From: Felis catus
Taxonomy: Eukaryota
NCBI RefSeq assembly: GCF_018350175.1
Contig: NC_058368.1
Span: forward strand, 121,274,001-121,338,000
Length of the DNA: 64,000 nucleotides
Direction: 5' to 3'
Part shown: piece after piece, positions 14,351 to 26,929 of the stretch
Layout of the letters: every line of letters begins with the position of its first letter
Numbering within the stretch: position 1 is the first letter of the stretch
Notes under the pieces: model-generated
Told to the model about the DNA's origin: nothing
Database searches by the model: none
What the model saw: the letters and a program-made list of their open reading frames with translations, nothing else
Made by a program: the position numbers and the translations under genes

Positions 14351-17300
14351 ACTACTACTTTTTAAGAGCTAATATGCGCAAGATGTTAATACTGTGAGTT
14401 GTACCTAAATTATTTCACAGTGATTTCCAAACCTGTATATCATAGGTGCTCAGCATATACTGAGGAAGCCAAAGTTCATGCCTCAACCACTATATCCCCT
14501 CTGTCTCTGTCTCTCTTTGTTTCTCTCTCTGTGTCTTTCTTGTTTGTTTGTTCCTGGGCGTTTCCCTAGCTCAAAGACAGGACTCACTTCTCACCACCTT
14601 CTGGCTTGGCGTGTTTACCATCCCTAAACTGCTCCCCTTTTTCCACTGACCGCTGCCAGCGGAGCTAATCTCCCGCTGCCTGCCTGTGCCAGTCTTCTTG
14701 TTTACATCCTTATCACTGCCTTCAGGCCAGCGTCAGCATCCTGGCCTCCTCAGCCACATGGTCACCCTTCTGCCCCTCCTGAGGTCTGGATCCCACCCCT
14801 GGGCTAAGGCCAGGAGAAAAGGCCTAGGCTTCTCCAGCCTGAAGAAGAAAGGGCTTCAGGATTCATGTGGGAATGAGTGTTGATTTTGTTTTTCCAAACT
14901 TAGGTTTATGTACTGGTTTTAAACTCCTGGGGTCCAGAAGAGGAACAGAACATAAATCAGAACATGAAGGACTTCACGAGTTCCAAGGAAAAACTTTTCC
15001 CATCACACAGATTGTGAGAAAGTAAATAGTGAAAATGCTGAAGGAGCTTATGGAACCTAATACTGCTGGGTTTTGGTTTGGTTTTTATTTTTCCCTACAG
15101 AGGAAGGAAGTTTAGTACAAATAAGAAGGCTCTGAGTCAGGCAAAGCTGCATGCCACAGCTTTGCCATCTAATACCGAAGTAACCACGAACTGAGTACCT
15201 TACCCCACTGATCCTAGGTGTCCTCATCTGCAAAAGGGGTAGGTCCTTCCATGCAGGGTTACTGCTACTACCTATAGCCATTGCTACTACCTTCTTTCCT
15301 CCAAGCAGAGTTTTTAGAATATATCATCATTTGTGTGACTGAGCAGAACCCCTGACTTAAAGCAGGCAACAAGCCAAACATCTTCGAGAACCTAGGTGTC
15401 CTTTTCCACTTGACTTTCCTAAAGTACATTTTTCGCAGCTACTAGCAGATACAGGGGGATGAGAGAGGTTCTTGTCTCATTTTATACAAAAGAAAACTGG
15501 CAGAGAAAGGTATTTCTATGACAGATTCAAGGTCTTCCAAAAAAAGCAATTACAATTTAAGACAGAATTAGGAGTCCTTACGACATATCATTTAATGTCT
15601 CATCCTTGAGTCATATAGTCCCAGGTTGCAGTAGCCATTATTAGCACAAGGCAGGTGCCGTCATCATCTGACATGCCATTATGTCACCAGGGAGGCCAAA
15701 GAGAATCTGATCTGAGTACTCCCACCCATTAGCTGCACAGCCTCTCCAGACCCTAGTTTTCTCGTTATTGAGATGGAATGATACAACTCATCTGATAGAG
15801 AATTATGTTGCTTAATTAGTTAACAGTGCATTCTAAAGCTAGGTAACACAGTGAAAACCTGTTCCTGTTATTAGTTAATGACAGTCATTGCTGCAGTCCC
15901 TCCTTACACTCAGGCACACCATCACATAAGAGACCTGCTTTCTCTCTGGCTACTGCAAAGTTTTCTCAGCCCCATCAGGTAGCAGGTAGAGTTCTCTGAG
16001 GCAAAGAGCTTTTTTAGCAATGTTTCTCAGCACAGGCAGTATAGTGAGAAATCATGGGATTGGGGAGCCCCCAAATCTGGGATGAAACTCTCACTCTGCT
16101 TCTTGCTGAGCAGTATAATTTGGGGCAAGTTATATAATCTCTCTGGGCCTCCATTTTTCCATCTGTGAAATGGAACTGATGGTAATTTTTTTTTAACCAC
16201 ATAAGATTGCTATGAGGATAAAACAAGGCAATTCATGTACATGAGATAATGGCTCGGGTTTGGCAGTGGTAAATAGCTCAACAAATGTTCACTCTGCTAT
16301 TAATGTTAGGTCAAGTCAGGAAGCTATCACCATCCCCCATCCCGAGGCCTTGCTGAGAAAAACATTCACGAGCCACATACTTCAGAAGGATGATCTGCCT
16401 CACAGTGCAGACGCTTCCAAAAGCCCCTATGCTCCCTTGATAAGCAGTGACAATTTCGAAGTGGGGAAGGGCATGACTTTTGGCTTCTATCTAGGGGCCT
16501 CCTGGGGCAGTTTTCCTTGCTCGGCTCAGACCCTCAGCTGTAATCCCAAGGGGGAACCCACGGGAAGGAAGCCAAGAAAGACTCCAGGAAGAATGGCTTT
16601 GGATGAGAGACCAGGTGAAGATTGAGGCAGGGCCACCTGTCCACCATTTTCTGCATATACCTTTCAGCTTTCTGTGTGGGCCCCGTCCTCCCCTGTGTGG
16701 TTGCCCAAGCTCCTCACAGCCCATCAGTGAAGCAGCCAACAAATAAATTTCTGGGTGCCCCCCATGCACTAGGCACGCGTGAGGCAGTGGACAAGACAGA
16801 CGTGGTCCCTGTACTTACGAGCCTGCAGGCTCACAGGGAAGAGTAATAGGAAACAAAGTATTGTATGTACATGATTCCAAGACTGTGAATGTGTGAAATG
16901 CTGTGAGCTAAGGAAGAGAAACAAAAGGAGTTTGTTAGAGAGGGCCCACCTCATCTGGGAGGTCGGAGAAACCCGCCTGACAAAAGGATCTCCAGGTAGA
17001 GACTGAAGGATGACAGAAGGCAGCTACGTTTAAAGAACAAAAAACAAACAAAAACAGGTGAAGCGGGGCACCTGCCTGGCTCCCTCAGTAGAGCATGTGA
17101 CTCTTGATCTTGGGATCATGAGTTCGAGCCCCACAATGGGCAGGAAACTCACTAAAACAAACAGGCAGAAACACAGGTGAAGCAAGGCCTCACAAGTACC
17201 TCCCCTCAGCTCCGGCAGTCCAGTTGCCTTTATCCCGAAGTCTCGCTGGCAAATGCCAGCACTCCTGGTCCACCTGCCACACCTGCACTTGGATCCCAAC

Positions 17301-17884
17301 CCCGCCCAAGCTCCCTCAGGTCCTCTGGGGAGAAGCTTCTCTGGTTTCTGGTGACCAAAGCAGGTTCACTAATTAACCTTGCTGCTCAGCTTGCTTCCTT
17401 GATTCAGCATGTCTCCAATGAGAAGTTGAACTTTACATCATCACTTTCCTAATTAATCCCAGCAGGTGAGCCACTCAGGAGACCCGCCCCTGCCCAGGTG
17501 AAAGACAGAGCGGCCAAGCTTGTACCTCAGGAATTTTAGCATAGACTCTTCAGCTCTGGGAGCCAGAAGCAGGGGTAATTGATATCCAAGGCCACTGGGG
17601 CTTCAACACATGTGCATGCACACCCCGTTGCTCGCTCTCCCCCTCCCCTTCCCCAAATCAGAAAACTAAAAGGGCAAGAAAAAGAGGGCTGTACAGGGCA
17701 ACAGTCAGGAGACAAGGAAGACAGTATACAGGAACATATGGGGCAGTGTTATCCTTTAATGGCACAATGACCTTGGCCGTGTGGCTGGACACTGCAAAGC
17801 CTCGGTTTCTTCATCTTAAAGTGGTAAAACTACTAGCATCTTTCACATAGACCTATTAGAGAATTGAGTGAGATACTCACATAC

Positions 17885-18098
17885 AAGATTTCTCAGCCTC
17901 TGCAATGTTGATACTTTGGGCCACATAATTCTTCATGGCGGGAGTGACCTGTGCTTTGTCGGGTGTTTAGCAGCAGCCCTGGTCTCCACCCACTAGATGC
18001 CAATAGCACCCACCACTCAGTTGTGGCAATAAAAAAATGTCTCCAGACATCGTCAAATATTCCCCAGGGTCAAAACCAGCCACAGTTGGGAACCACTG
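17885..18098 (+). mobile_element. MER20-like hAT-Charlie MITE
   Basis: tttagcagcagccctggtctccacccactagatgccaatagcacc...gttgggaaccactg matches the recalled MER20 consensus. Confidence 0.8.
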
Positions 18099-19904
18099 AT
18101 GTAATGGACATAGGGCAGGGCCTGGCATATAGTAAATGCAGAATGGATGGCAGCTAACATCAGGCTTGTGCAAGGAAAATGCCCTTTCTGGGTAGCCACA
18201 GCAGACCCTTCTTTACAAACACAAGCCAAGATTATAAGGGCCTTGGAGAAAGCTGGAACTTTCCAAAGGTGGGATGGGTAGATTTGCCAGTGCCGTCATT
18301 GAAATGTGCAGAGATTAATGTGTCCCTGGCTGGAGAAGTTGGAGGGAGCTATATATTGAGTAGGTTGTTGCAACAAGCCCACTTTCCACTCTGCTCAAGG
18401 AGTTAATTTTACATCGTAGGTAGCAGGTACCAGACCCAGTGCCAGGGTCTTACGTACGTCTTGGCGTCCGAGCATTATGAATAGATATTATTATTTCCAT
18501 TTTAGATGGAAGAACAAAGACTCAGAGAGGCTAAGTAACTAACTCACAGTTACTCAGAAGTTACATTTTAGGATTGGGTCAGAAGCTGGGCCTGACTGTC
18601 CTCCAAGCCCTTGCTCTTTCCCCACTCAAGCGGCTAGAGTGGGGCTTCTCACATTCTGACTTAACTTAGGAGCAGTTCTGGGACAGGAACCAGGCTTACT
18701 AGGAAGAATGATGGGATTGAGTACCAGTGTCTGTTATGGGCCCAGGAAGAGGAAATGGAGGTACATGTGACATGAGTTTGCCATCCATGTACAGGCCCAT
18801 AATCCATGATTCAGTGATTCTATACCTTCCTCTCTGGTGTTATCTGGGGACTACACTGAGCTAAGTGTGCATCCCTGGGTTTATTCATCAAAAAGCTACT
18901 TTGCTATATACTTTCTCAAGGCATAAGCTGAAAAACAGGTCTTTTTCACAGGTGAGGATTTCTACAGAAGACACAAAAGGGCCACGTTCTTAGATAATTT
19001 CCATGCAAAAGCAACTTAGGAGCTCCTATCACAACCTTTTGTTAATGCTTCATGAATTTTGTTTTTGATGAGGAACAGTGTTTTCAAAAAAGAAAAGAAA
19101 AAGGAAACTTCCAAGGAAATGGGCCATTTTCTTTCGGAGAAAAAAGTGTTTATTATATTTCAAAGCATAAGCTTTGGGGCATATAATATCCATCCTTCAT
19201 CCTCTCTTCCCACTCCAAAACAATCAAGCCCTGGTGGAAAATTGCACAACTAGATACATAATAAAACCTGCTTACATATGCAAAGACTATTGCAAACACC
19301 AGTCTGTCTGCAGACACTTGGGCTAGGGAAGGTGTGCTTTCTCACAGCCGCGTCTGGGGCCACCCTGAGGACACAGAGGGCAGAGTCAGAAATGTGAATA
19401 AATCATCCCCACTCGCTGGGCTCAGCTCAGTCTACCTAACTGAGCTCTTAGGCCTTTCTCTGCCACCTCAGCCTTGACCTGAGCTGACACAGATTACAGA
19501 AGTCTCATCTCCCTTGTGGTCCCATTCATAAGCATAGTGTAACTGCCACATGCCAGGCATTCAAGATTTACTGAGTCCCTATTATGTGCCAAGTTCTAGG
19601 CAAGCAGTAGGAGACAAACCCTAAACATGTGAACCAGCATGCACTGGGTCATGGAGAGAGTTCATTATTTCAGTCATTCTCCTGGGTCACTTTCAAGTGG
19701 GCTGGCTATTAATGAGGTTGGAGAATACCTATCCCATTATTTTCAAAGCCACGTTCGCTATGCCTGGAATCAAGGGCTCACTGGGCTCTCACCTCTCTAC
19801 ATAAGCAGAGAAGGTGGCCACCAGGAGAAGGACTACCCATCCCAAACTGTTTGCACCAGTGGCACCTGAAAATTATCCTTTGTACGTTCATTTCTTTAAG
19901 CTAA

Positions 19905-20358
19905 CAGGAGATCGGCAAGCTACAGCCCACAGGCCAAGTGCAGTCCATAGCCTGGTTTTGCATGGCCCACCATCTAAGAACGTTTTACTTTTTTTTTTTT
20001 TTAAGATTTTATTTTTTAAGTCATCTCTACACACAACATGGGGCTCGGACGCACAACCCCAAGATCAAGAGTCGCACACTCCACCGACTGAGCCAGCCAG
20101 GTGCCCTGGTATTTACAGTTTTATATAGGGGGAAATGAAAAGAAGAATAATTCTCCATGACATGCAAAAATTGTATGTAATTCCATTTTCCATGTCCAAA
20201 AATGAACTTTCGTTGGCCCACAGCCATGTTCATTCTTTATGACTTATCTGTGGCTGCTTTGGTACCACAGTGGCAACACTGAGTAGTTGTGACAGAGACC
20301 CACACAGCTGAAAGTATTTACTATCTGACCCTCTACAGAGAGAGCATACCGACCCCTG
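19905..20358 (+). mobile_element. MER58-like hAT MITE with an inserted antisense SINE (about 19990-20106)
   Basis: caggagatcggcaagctacagccc...gtagttgtgacagagacc...atttactatctgaccct...ccgacccctg; degenerate terminal inverted repeats. Confidence 0.75.
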
Positions 20359-22126
20359 GGCTGAAACATTGCCCCCTCTTTCCTCCTCTAAAATGCAAAT
20401 ACCCACTGGTCTAGCAACTTTTGAAGCCCTTGATGCCTTTGTGATACCATGTGTATCTGGTCATTTCTGGCATTGCAGGGAAGAAGAATCACCTGAGAGG
20501 GCACCACCCAAGCCCCCACAGTAAGTGGTCTTTGCCTCCAGATGCACATCTGTCATTTCACACCTCATTTTGGCATTTATCTAAATGCTGCTTTATTGCC
20601 AAGAACTCCATAAGGACAGCATAAGTGGTGCCTCCTGGCCCCTCCGGGGTTAAGCCCAGTTGAGCTTGACACGAGAGATGTTTAGTAAATATCAGGAGAA
20701 TGTTTGAGTGAGGAAGAGAGCAAAACCCAGTGAATGTATATGTACCAATGTATGTGAGTCCATAAACATAAACAGGAAACCGAATACATGTGTGAATTAA
20801 CGAATGATTAAGTGACTAAGGGACTGGATGAGAGAAGACAGAAATGAGTGTATGAGTGAGAGGATTCTCGTAAAAGTGAGAAGTTGAACAAAGAAATAAG
20901 TATATAAGTGAATGTAGGAAGGAGAGATCTATGGGACAGATGGGTGAGCAAGTGAACGCAGGCTACTGGGTCTCTACAGATGCCGCATAACAAGGACTTG
21001 GGGTGTCACTGCCAAGTTCTGCTGTCATTCTGCCTGGCTTGTTCATACCCTGCCAGCCATGGGGTTTTGAACTTAATCAATGCTCTCCCTTGCTGAGGGT
21101 GTGCCCATACTTTACAGCTTTAGTGTCTGGGGCTTTTGTCAGAAGGACAAAAACACCTGCACCCATGGGTGGAAGCCAGACAGCCCTGCCTTTGAGACTA
21201 CAGTCTCCCTCCCATATGTGGAAAAAATAAGCCTTCAGCTGATGCATCCTCAGGCCCCTCTCTGCCATGTACTACAGGGTGAACAGGACCTACCCCAAAA
21301 GCTGAGTGTCCCACAAAGGCACACTTTCCAGGTATAAGGGATGGGCAACATGTTGATTTTGGGTGAAGTTCATGGCCAAGGTCATCCTAACAAGGTGGGA
21401 AAATGTGGATTCAAAAACACCCTGTCTAAAGCAGGTCCCTACAGTTAACTCTGTGGCCTCTAGAGTGCGTACTTTGTCTGTTTTCTTGCTTTTTATTTTG
21501 TGTGTTTTTGTTGTGTTGCCTGCTCCCTCGCTACCATGTAAGCTCCATGAGGACAGAGACAGGTACATAGAAATCTCAATAAATATTTGGGGAAAGTGAG
21601 TGAAAAATTGTCTGGAAAACAAGTAAACCAACCCCTTGAACCAGCTACCCAAACATGACTCCCTCGCCCAGTGATGGGCCTGACCTAACTCTACCACCAA
21701 CTGGTACGTGTGACCTTCAGCACTCCATTTGTCCTCTCTGAGGCTCAGGGGACCAAATGAGATTATCTTCAGGGTCACTTTCAGCTCCCACATACTAGGG
21801 TTCTAAAGCCAAGGGAGGGGCCTTTGGATTTTTTAAGATTCACATGGTTAGTACGAACCTGAGTGCCCTGGCCTCAGCACTTAAGAAAAAAAAGTTTGCT
21901 TATTAAAGGGACAGCCAGCCTGTGATGGGGTAAAGTGACCCTGGGTGTGGTGACATCTCTGTTTTGGCCAGTGGCCATCTGAGCATCATGTGTGACTATC
22001 CAAAAGTAGTCAGTCCTCTCTCTAAGGCTTTGCCTAGCCTCTGCACAGGGCCAAAGCCCACCCTGAGATCCTGCTGACCATGCCTCTAGAAAGCTGTAAA
22101 AGGATGCCATAAAACCTCCATGGCTG

Positions 22127-22574
22127 ATTTGCAACAACATGGATGGAACTAGAGGGTATTATGCTAAGCAAACTAAGTCAATCAGAGAAAGACAGATATA
22201 TGATTTCACTCATACATGGAATTTGAGAAACTCAACAGATGAACATAGGGGAAGGGAAGGAAAAATAAGATAAAAACAGAGAGAGAGAGACATACCATAA
22301 GAAACTCTTAAATATAGAAAACAAACTGAAGGTTGCTGGAAGGCGGGGTCTATGGGAAGATGGGTTAAATGGATGATGGGCATTAAGGAGGGCACTTTTT
22401 GGGATGAGCACTGGGTATCATATGTAAGTGATGAATCAATGGGTTCTACTCCTGAAGCCAGACTACACTGTATGTTAAGTAACATGAATATAAATAAAAA
22501 ATAAAGAATAAAAGAGAAAAGAAAAGAAATGAAAAGAAGAAAAGAAAAGAAAAAAGAAAAGACAAGACAAGACA
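22127..22574 (+). mobile_element. 5'-truncated carnivore L1 3' end with tail decayed to (AAAAG)n/(AAGAC)n
   Basis: tttgcaacaacatggatggaactagagggtattatgctaagc followed by a 3'UTR similar to that of the full-length copy. TSD ccatggctg at 22118-22126 and 22575-22583. Confidence 0.9.
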
Positions 22575-23451
22575 CCATGGCTGGGAAATCTCTTCTCAGA
22601 CCTTTTTGTAGAGTTTCCAGAAACCGTACACACTCTTCCTGACTCAGCCCAGCAAATGAGGTACAGGAAGCTAAAGAGGGCTCATCTGGGGGTTTCAGCC
22701 CTCACTGTCTCCTGAACCCTGAGAACCCTCCTGCCCTCGCAGTCAGAGCCACTTGGTCCAACCTCCAAAGTACACACACTGCTTTGCATACTGAAGGGAC
22801 CTCTAAGAGGGCTGGCTCTCAACTCAGGATTTTTAGGTTTGACTCCCAGCTCAGCCTACTTTGCTGGCTCTATGGCCTTGGGAAAATTACTTGAGTATGT
22901 TTTAGACTTTGAGGTTGTGTGATTTCCAAAATCTGTTTGGGTGTTCCCATTTTATCTCAGTGAGATTATATACCTCTTAAGGGCAGCAACTATGCCTTCT
23001 TTTCGACCTTGACCTCATGCTCACCTTGCCTCATCTTGGGATCAGAACACTCAGGATGCTTCTTGAATGGAGGGCATCAGACATTCACAAATCGCTGCTC
23101 TCCAAATTTTGATGGAGGTCTGTGAGTCAAACTCGACAGCATTGGCACACAGCCTCCTTTTGAGACAAATGACATTCACATTTTGTGGAAAACCATTGTT
23201 GGGAGAAGAGGCTGAGTTAGGAAACATCTAGGGAAGGTAAAGAACAAGGAGTAAAACTTCTTCCAAAAAATACACCTTGATTGTTTGATGTTAGCAAATT
23301 CTTACCACCAGCAGAAGAGAGAATTGGGAGAAGGGATAGGTCTCCTCACATCTGCCCCAGAGGGTTTAGACACTGACCTTCTTTATTGAGTGCTGAGGTA
23401 CTGTTTGAAAGACTGGGGATACAAATACTTCTAGTGTTGCTCTAAGGACAA

Positions 23452-23481
23452 GGACAGGACAGGACAGGACAGGACAGGACA
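23452..23481. repeat. (GGACA)6 pentanucleotide repeat
   Basis: Read directly. Confidence 0.9.
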
Positions 23482-24244
23482 AAATTAGGGATCCCGTTCT
23501 GAATCCAAGTCCGTGTCTTCATCCCTTTTTAGCATGTATCATGACATCTGGAAAGGTTTTACTCTCTCTTTATTTCCTGTCAGATGCAGTGCCCTGGAAG
23601 GTGAGATGCATCAATTATACAAACAGCCTGAGGCCCTGGGCTTGTGTGGTTCACTCAGGAAGGGAGAAGACAGCAGAGTGCTCACCCAAAGGGTAGTCAG
23701 CCTCTTCAGTACCACAGGCTGGGCCCCCTGGGGAGGGGTGGTGGTCTGCAGTGGCAGCCAATCAAAACTTTTCAAATCTCATTTGATACATGAGAGGACC
23801 AGCTTCTCCTGATTTCAGCAGAATCACAAAGACAACAAGCACACTATCCAGAGGGGGCTTTAAAGCACTGGCTTGGAAAATATCACATGTCCTTTTCACG
23901 CATTGTAGATACCTGAGTTTGTCTTTAGAAAGGACTTCGTAGCCACATTCTATCAATCCCATGAGAAGGAAAAATTGTCACATGACCAACCACATCAGAG
24001 CCCTTAGCTTCTGTATGGGGTGCTTTCCCAAGTGTCACCTATGATAGCGAGGCAGAAGAAAGGCAGACTTGCCAACAAAAGGGTATCAGCCCAAGAGAGC
24101 TCCAGATTCTGTGGTCTCTAAGATCATAAATCCTTCATTTATTGAAGGGACTTACTTACTCAAAGGGAGCAAGGACAACTGCTTTGATAATGTGGTGGGC
24201 CAGTGAGCAATTCTCTTTTTTCTCTTTTTAAAAATGCCCATAGT

Positions 24245-24463
24245 GGGGTGACTGGGTGGCTCAGTAGGTTAAGCATCTGACTTTGACTCAGATCATAATC
24301 TCACAGTTCGTGGGTTCAAGCCCCGCATAGAGCTCTGTGCTGACAGCTCAGAGCCTGGAGCCTGCTTAGGATTCTGTGTCTCCCTCTCTCTCTGCCCTCC
24401 CTCACTCACACTATGTCTCTCTGTCTCTCAAAAATAAACATTAAAAAAATTTTTTTAAATAAA
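24245..24463 (+). mobile_element. Can-SINE
   Basis: Head and tail present; degenerate TSD aaaaatg(c/t)cca. Confidence 0.9.
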
Positions 24464-25546
24464 AATGTCCATTGTGGTTGTGGTGATATCCACTGAGAAA
24501 GTTTAAAAAATATTAAGAGACAGCAAACACATGGCAAGAAGTTAACTTTCTGAAGATACCAAGTGAATTTGACGTTGTCAAATGATTTCTGACCTTCCTC
24601 AATTCTTTGGAAAGGATTTTTAAAATTAATTCTTAGTCCTACTTCAGTTGGCCTGTCCAGCTATCTCCCCCAAAGTCCCATAAAAATTGACAAGTCCTTG
24701 GAGGAAAACCTAGCAAACTTAGCCTAAACCAGATGAAGGAATTTAGGCATGGGCAGGTTCGAAGGCTTGCCCAGGGTTCCTCAGCAAAAGAGTAACAAAG
24801 TGGGAGCCAGACCCAGGAAAATCTGAATGCAGCACCCCAGTTCCTTACAATTATGCTATATTGTCTCCTGGCTGATTTTAGTCCGCTACTGTCCCTATCC
24901 AACTCTCCCTGTGGGTCCATTTTCCTTAGCCCAGGAAAGAATTGTCAGCCCCACTCTCTCCACTGTGAAAAGCTACTTTCTAAAAACTATGTGCAGCCTA
25001 TCAGAAGTGAGTAGAGTATTTCAAAATTTCTAAATATTCAGAGACTGCTCTTCTTTGGGATGCTCTTATCTGGCAAATGTGAGGGCAGGACCTTGGTGTA
25101 GGACAGATAGAAGATTTCTTGCACAGTCTGCACTATCCTGGTAAGCATGGCACTCGGTACTTAGTAGCTACATAACAAGCATCTTCTGCAAATAAATGCC
25201 ATGAAAGGACCCACACCAAATTTAAGAGGAACTTTGCTTCTTTAAATTTTTATGACCTTTAATGAAGCCCAATGAGAAGATTTAATTGTAATTATTGCTA
25301 TGCAGTTCCTTCTCAAGTGGACTGTTATGACTAGGAGGGCAAGGGTCATAATTAAGGTATGGATATACCCTAGCATTTGAACAAGCCCTAATAGTATGTA
25401 CCCCTTCAGACTCTGCTTTGGTACTAAAACCTACCAGCAGGCTTCTAAGTTCAGGAAAGCATGACAAAGAAAAATGGAAAGGGGAGTGGTGGGGCCAGGA
25501 TCACTGTGCCCAACCAAAAGACCCAGCTTAAAGAAGAAGATTTGGG

Positions 25547-26089
25547 GGGGTACCTGGGTGGCTCAGTCAGTTAAATGTCCGACTCTTGGTTTTGGTTCAG
25601 TTCATGATCTCATGGTTCATGGATTCAAGCCCTGTGTTGGGTTCCATGTTGACAGTGCAGAGCCTGCTTGGGATTTGTTTTTCTGCCTGTCTCTCTGTCC
25701 CTCCCCTGCTCACACACCCTCTCTCTCAAAAATAGATAAACTTAAACAAAGAAAAAGAGTATTTTGTCTTTGTGGTTTAAGTGTGGGTCGCATTTTCGTC
25801 TTTGTCCCAAGAAGCCAATGCAGGGGCGCCTGGGTGGCTCAATGGGTTGATCATCTGGCTTTGGCTCAGACCATGATCTCACAGTTTGTGGGTTCAAGCC
25901 CTGCATCAGGCTCTGTGCTGACAGCTCAGAGCCTAGAGCCTGGAGCCTGCACTGGATTCTGTGTCTCCCTCCCTCTCTGCCTCTCCCCTGCTCACTCTCT
26001 CTGTCTCAAAAATAAATAAACATGAAGAAGAAGAAGAAGAAGAAGGAGGAGGAGGAGGAGGAGGAGGAGGAGGAGGAGGAGGAGGAGGA
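25547..26089 (+). mobile_element. Two Can-SINEs (25547-25757; 25823-26089), the second with a (GAA)7(GGA)15 tail
   Basis: Two heads. The triplet tract lies between the AATAAA tail and a remnant TSD agaagcc..atgca. Confidence 0.88.
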
Positions 26090-26929
26090 GAAGCCGCCGA
26101 TGCAGAGCACAGCTACATAGAGGTGCCAGACCTTACCTTTCTTTGGAAGCCTTAGGATGCTTGTGATTAGCCCAATCCAGTGTCAGGAAAGAGACTCTTA
26201 AATTCCTGTCCCACACACACAGTCAGTCACCTGTCACCTAGTCTTCCTCAAAGGGAATCTGGACTATTGTGACTGGCCCTTGTGTCCTAGAGAATGAATA
26301 TTTCCTTCTTACATCCAGTCCCAGTAAGAAAGTCCTATCACTGCCCTCCTCTGACAAATCGGTCTTGTCTGCTTCCCATCACATCATAGTTACAATGGCA
26401 ACTGTCTATTGGGTACTTCCTATCAGCCGGACATTGTGCAAAGTACTTTGCATGCATGTTCTGAATGAATGGTCACAAGAATGCTATGAGATAGCTATGA
26501 CTATTGCCCCCTTTCATAGATGAGGATACTATGGCTCAGAGGAATTAAGTCTGAGCTTCACGTAGCCAGTATGTTACAGTGCCAGAATTCAAACTCACTT
26601 CAGACAGCCCAATAGTTCATTCTCTTAGCCATGGCTGCATAGTGTCTCGTGGAGTTACAGAAATCCCTCTAATCAGTGACTGTCTCATAGGGTTTTTCTT
26701 GACTAAAAGAGCAGGATTCCGTAGACTCTAGACTTGAACTGGCATTATGGGGATCCATGGTGGCTGGGATTTCCAAGCTTCTATGCAGATATTCCAAGCA
26801 CCACCGTTTTTCCCCAACAGAAGTCTTCCAGGGGAATAAGTTAATCAGGAACTTATCTTCAGCAAACAGGATTTATGAAAAACATTTGACATCTGGTAAA
26901 CAGCCATCGGCAGCCCTTTGGGATAGTAT

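Noticed and set aside
21290..21793. 167-aa - strand ORF
   Set aside because: No recognisable domain; overlaps an L2/MIR-like remnant and lacks supporting exon structure.
25474..26155. 181-aa ORF and poly-E/poly-G ORF
   Set aside because: Read through two SINEs and a triplet repeat; no coding signature.
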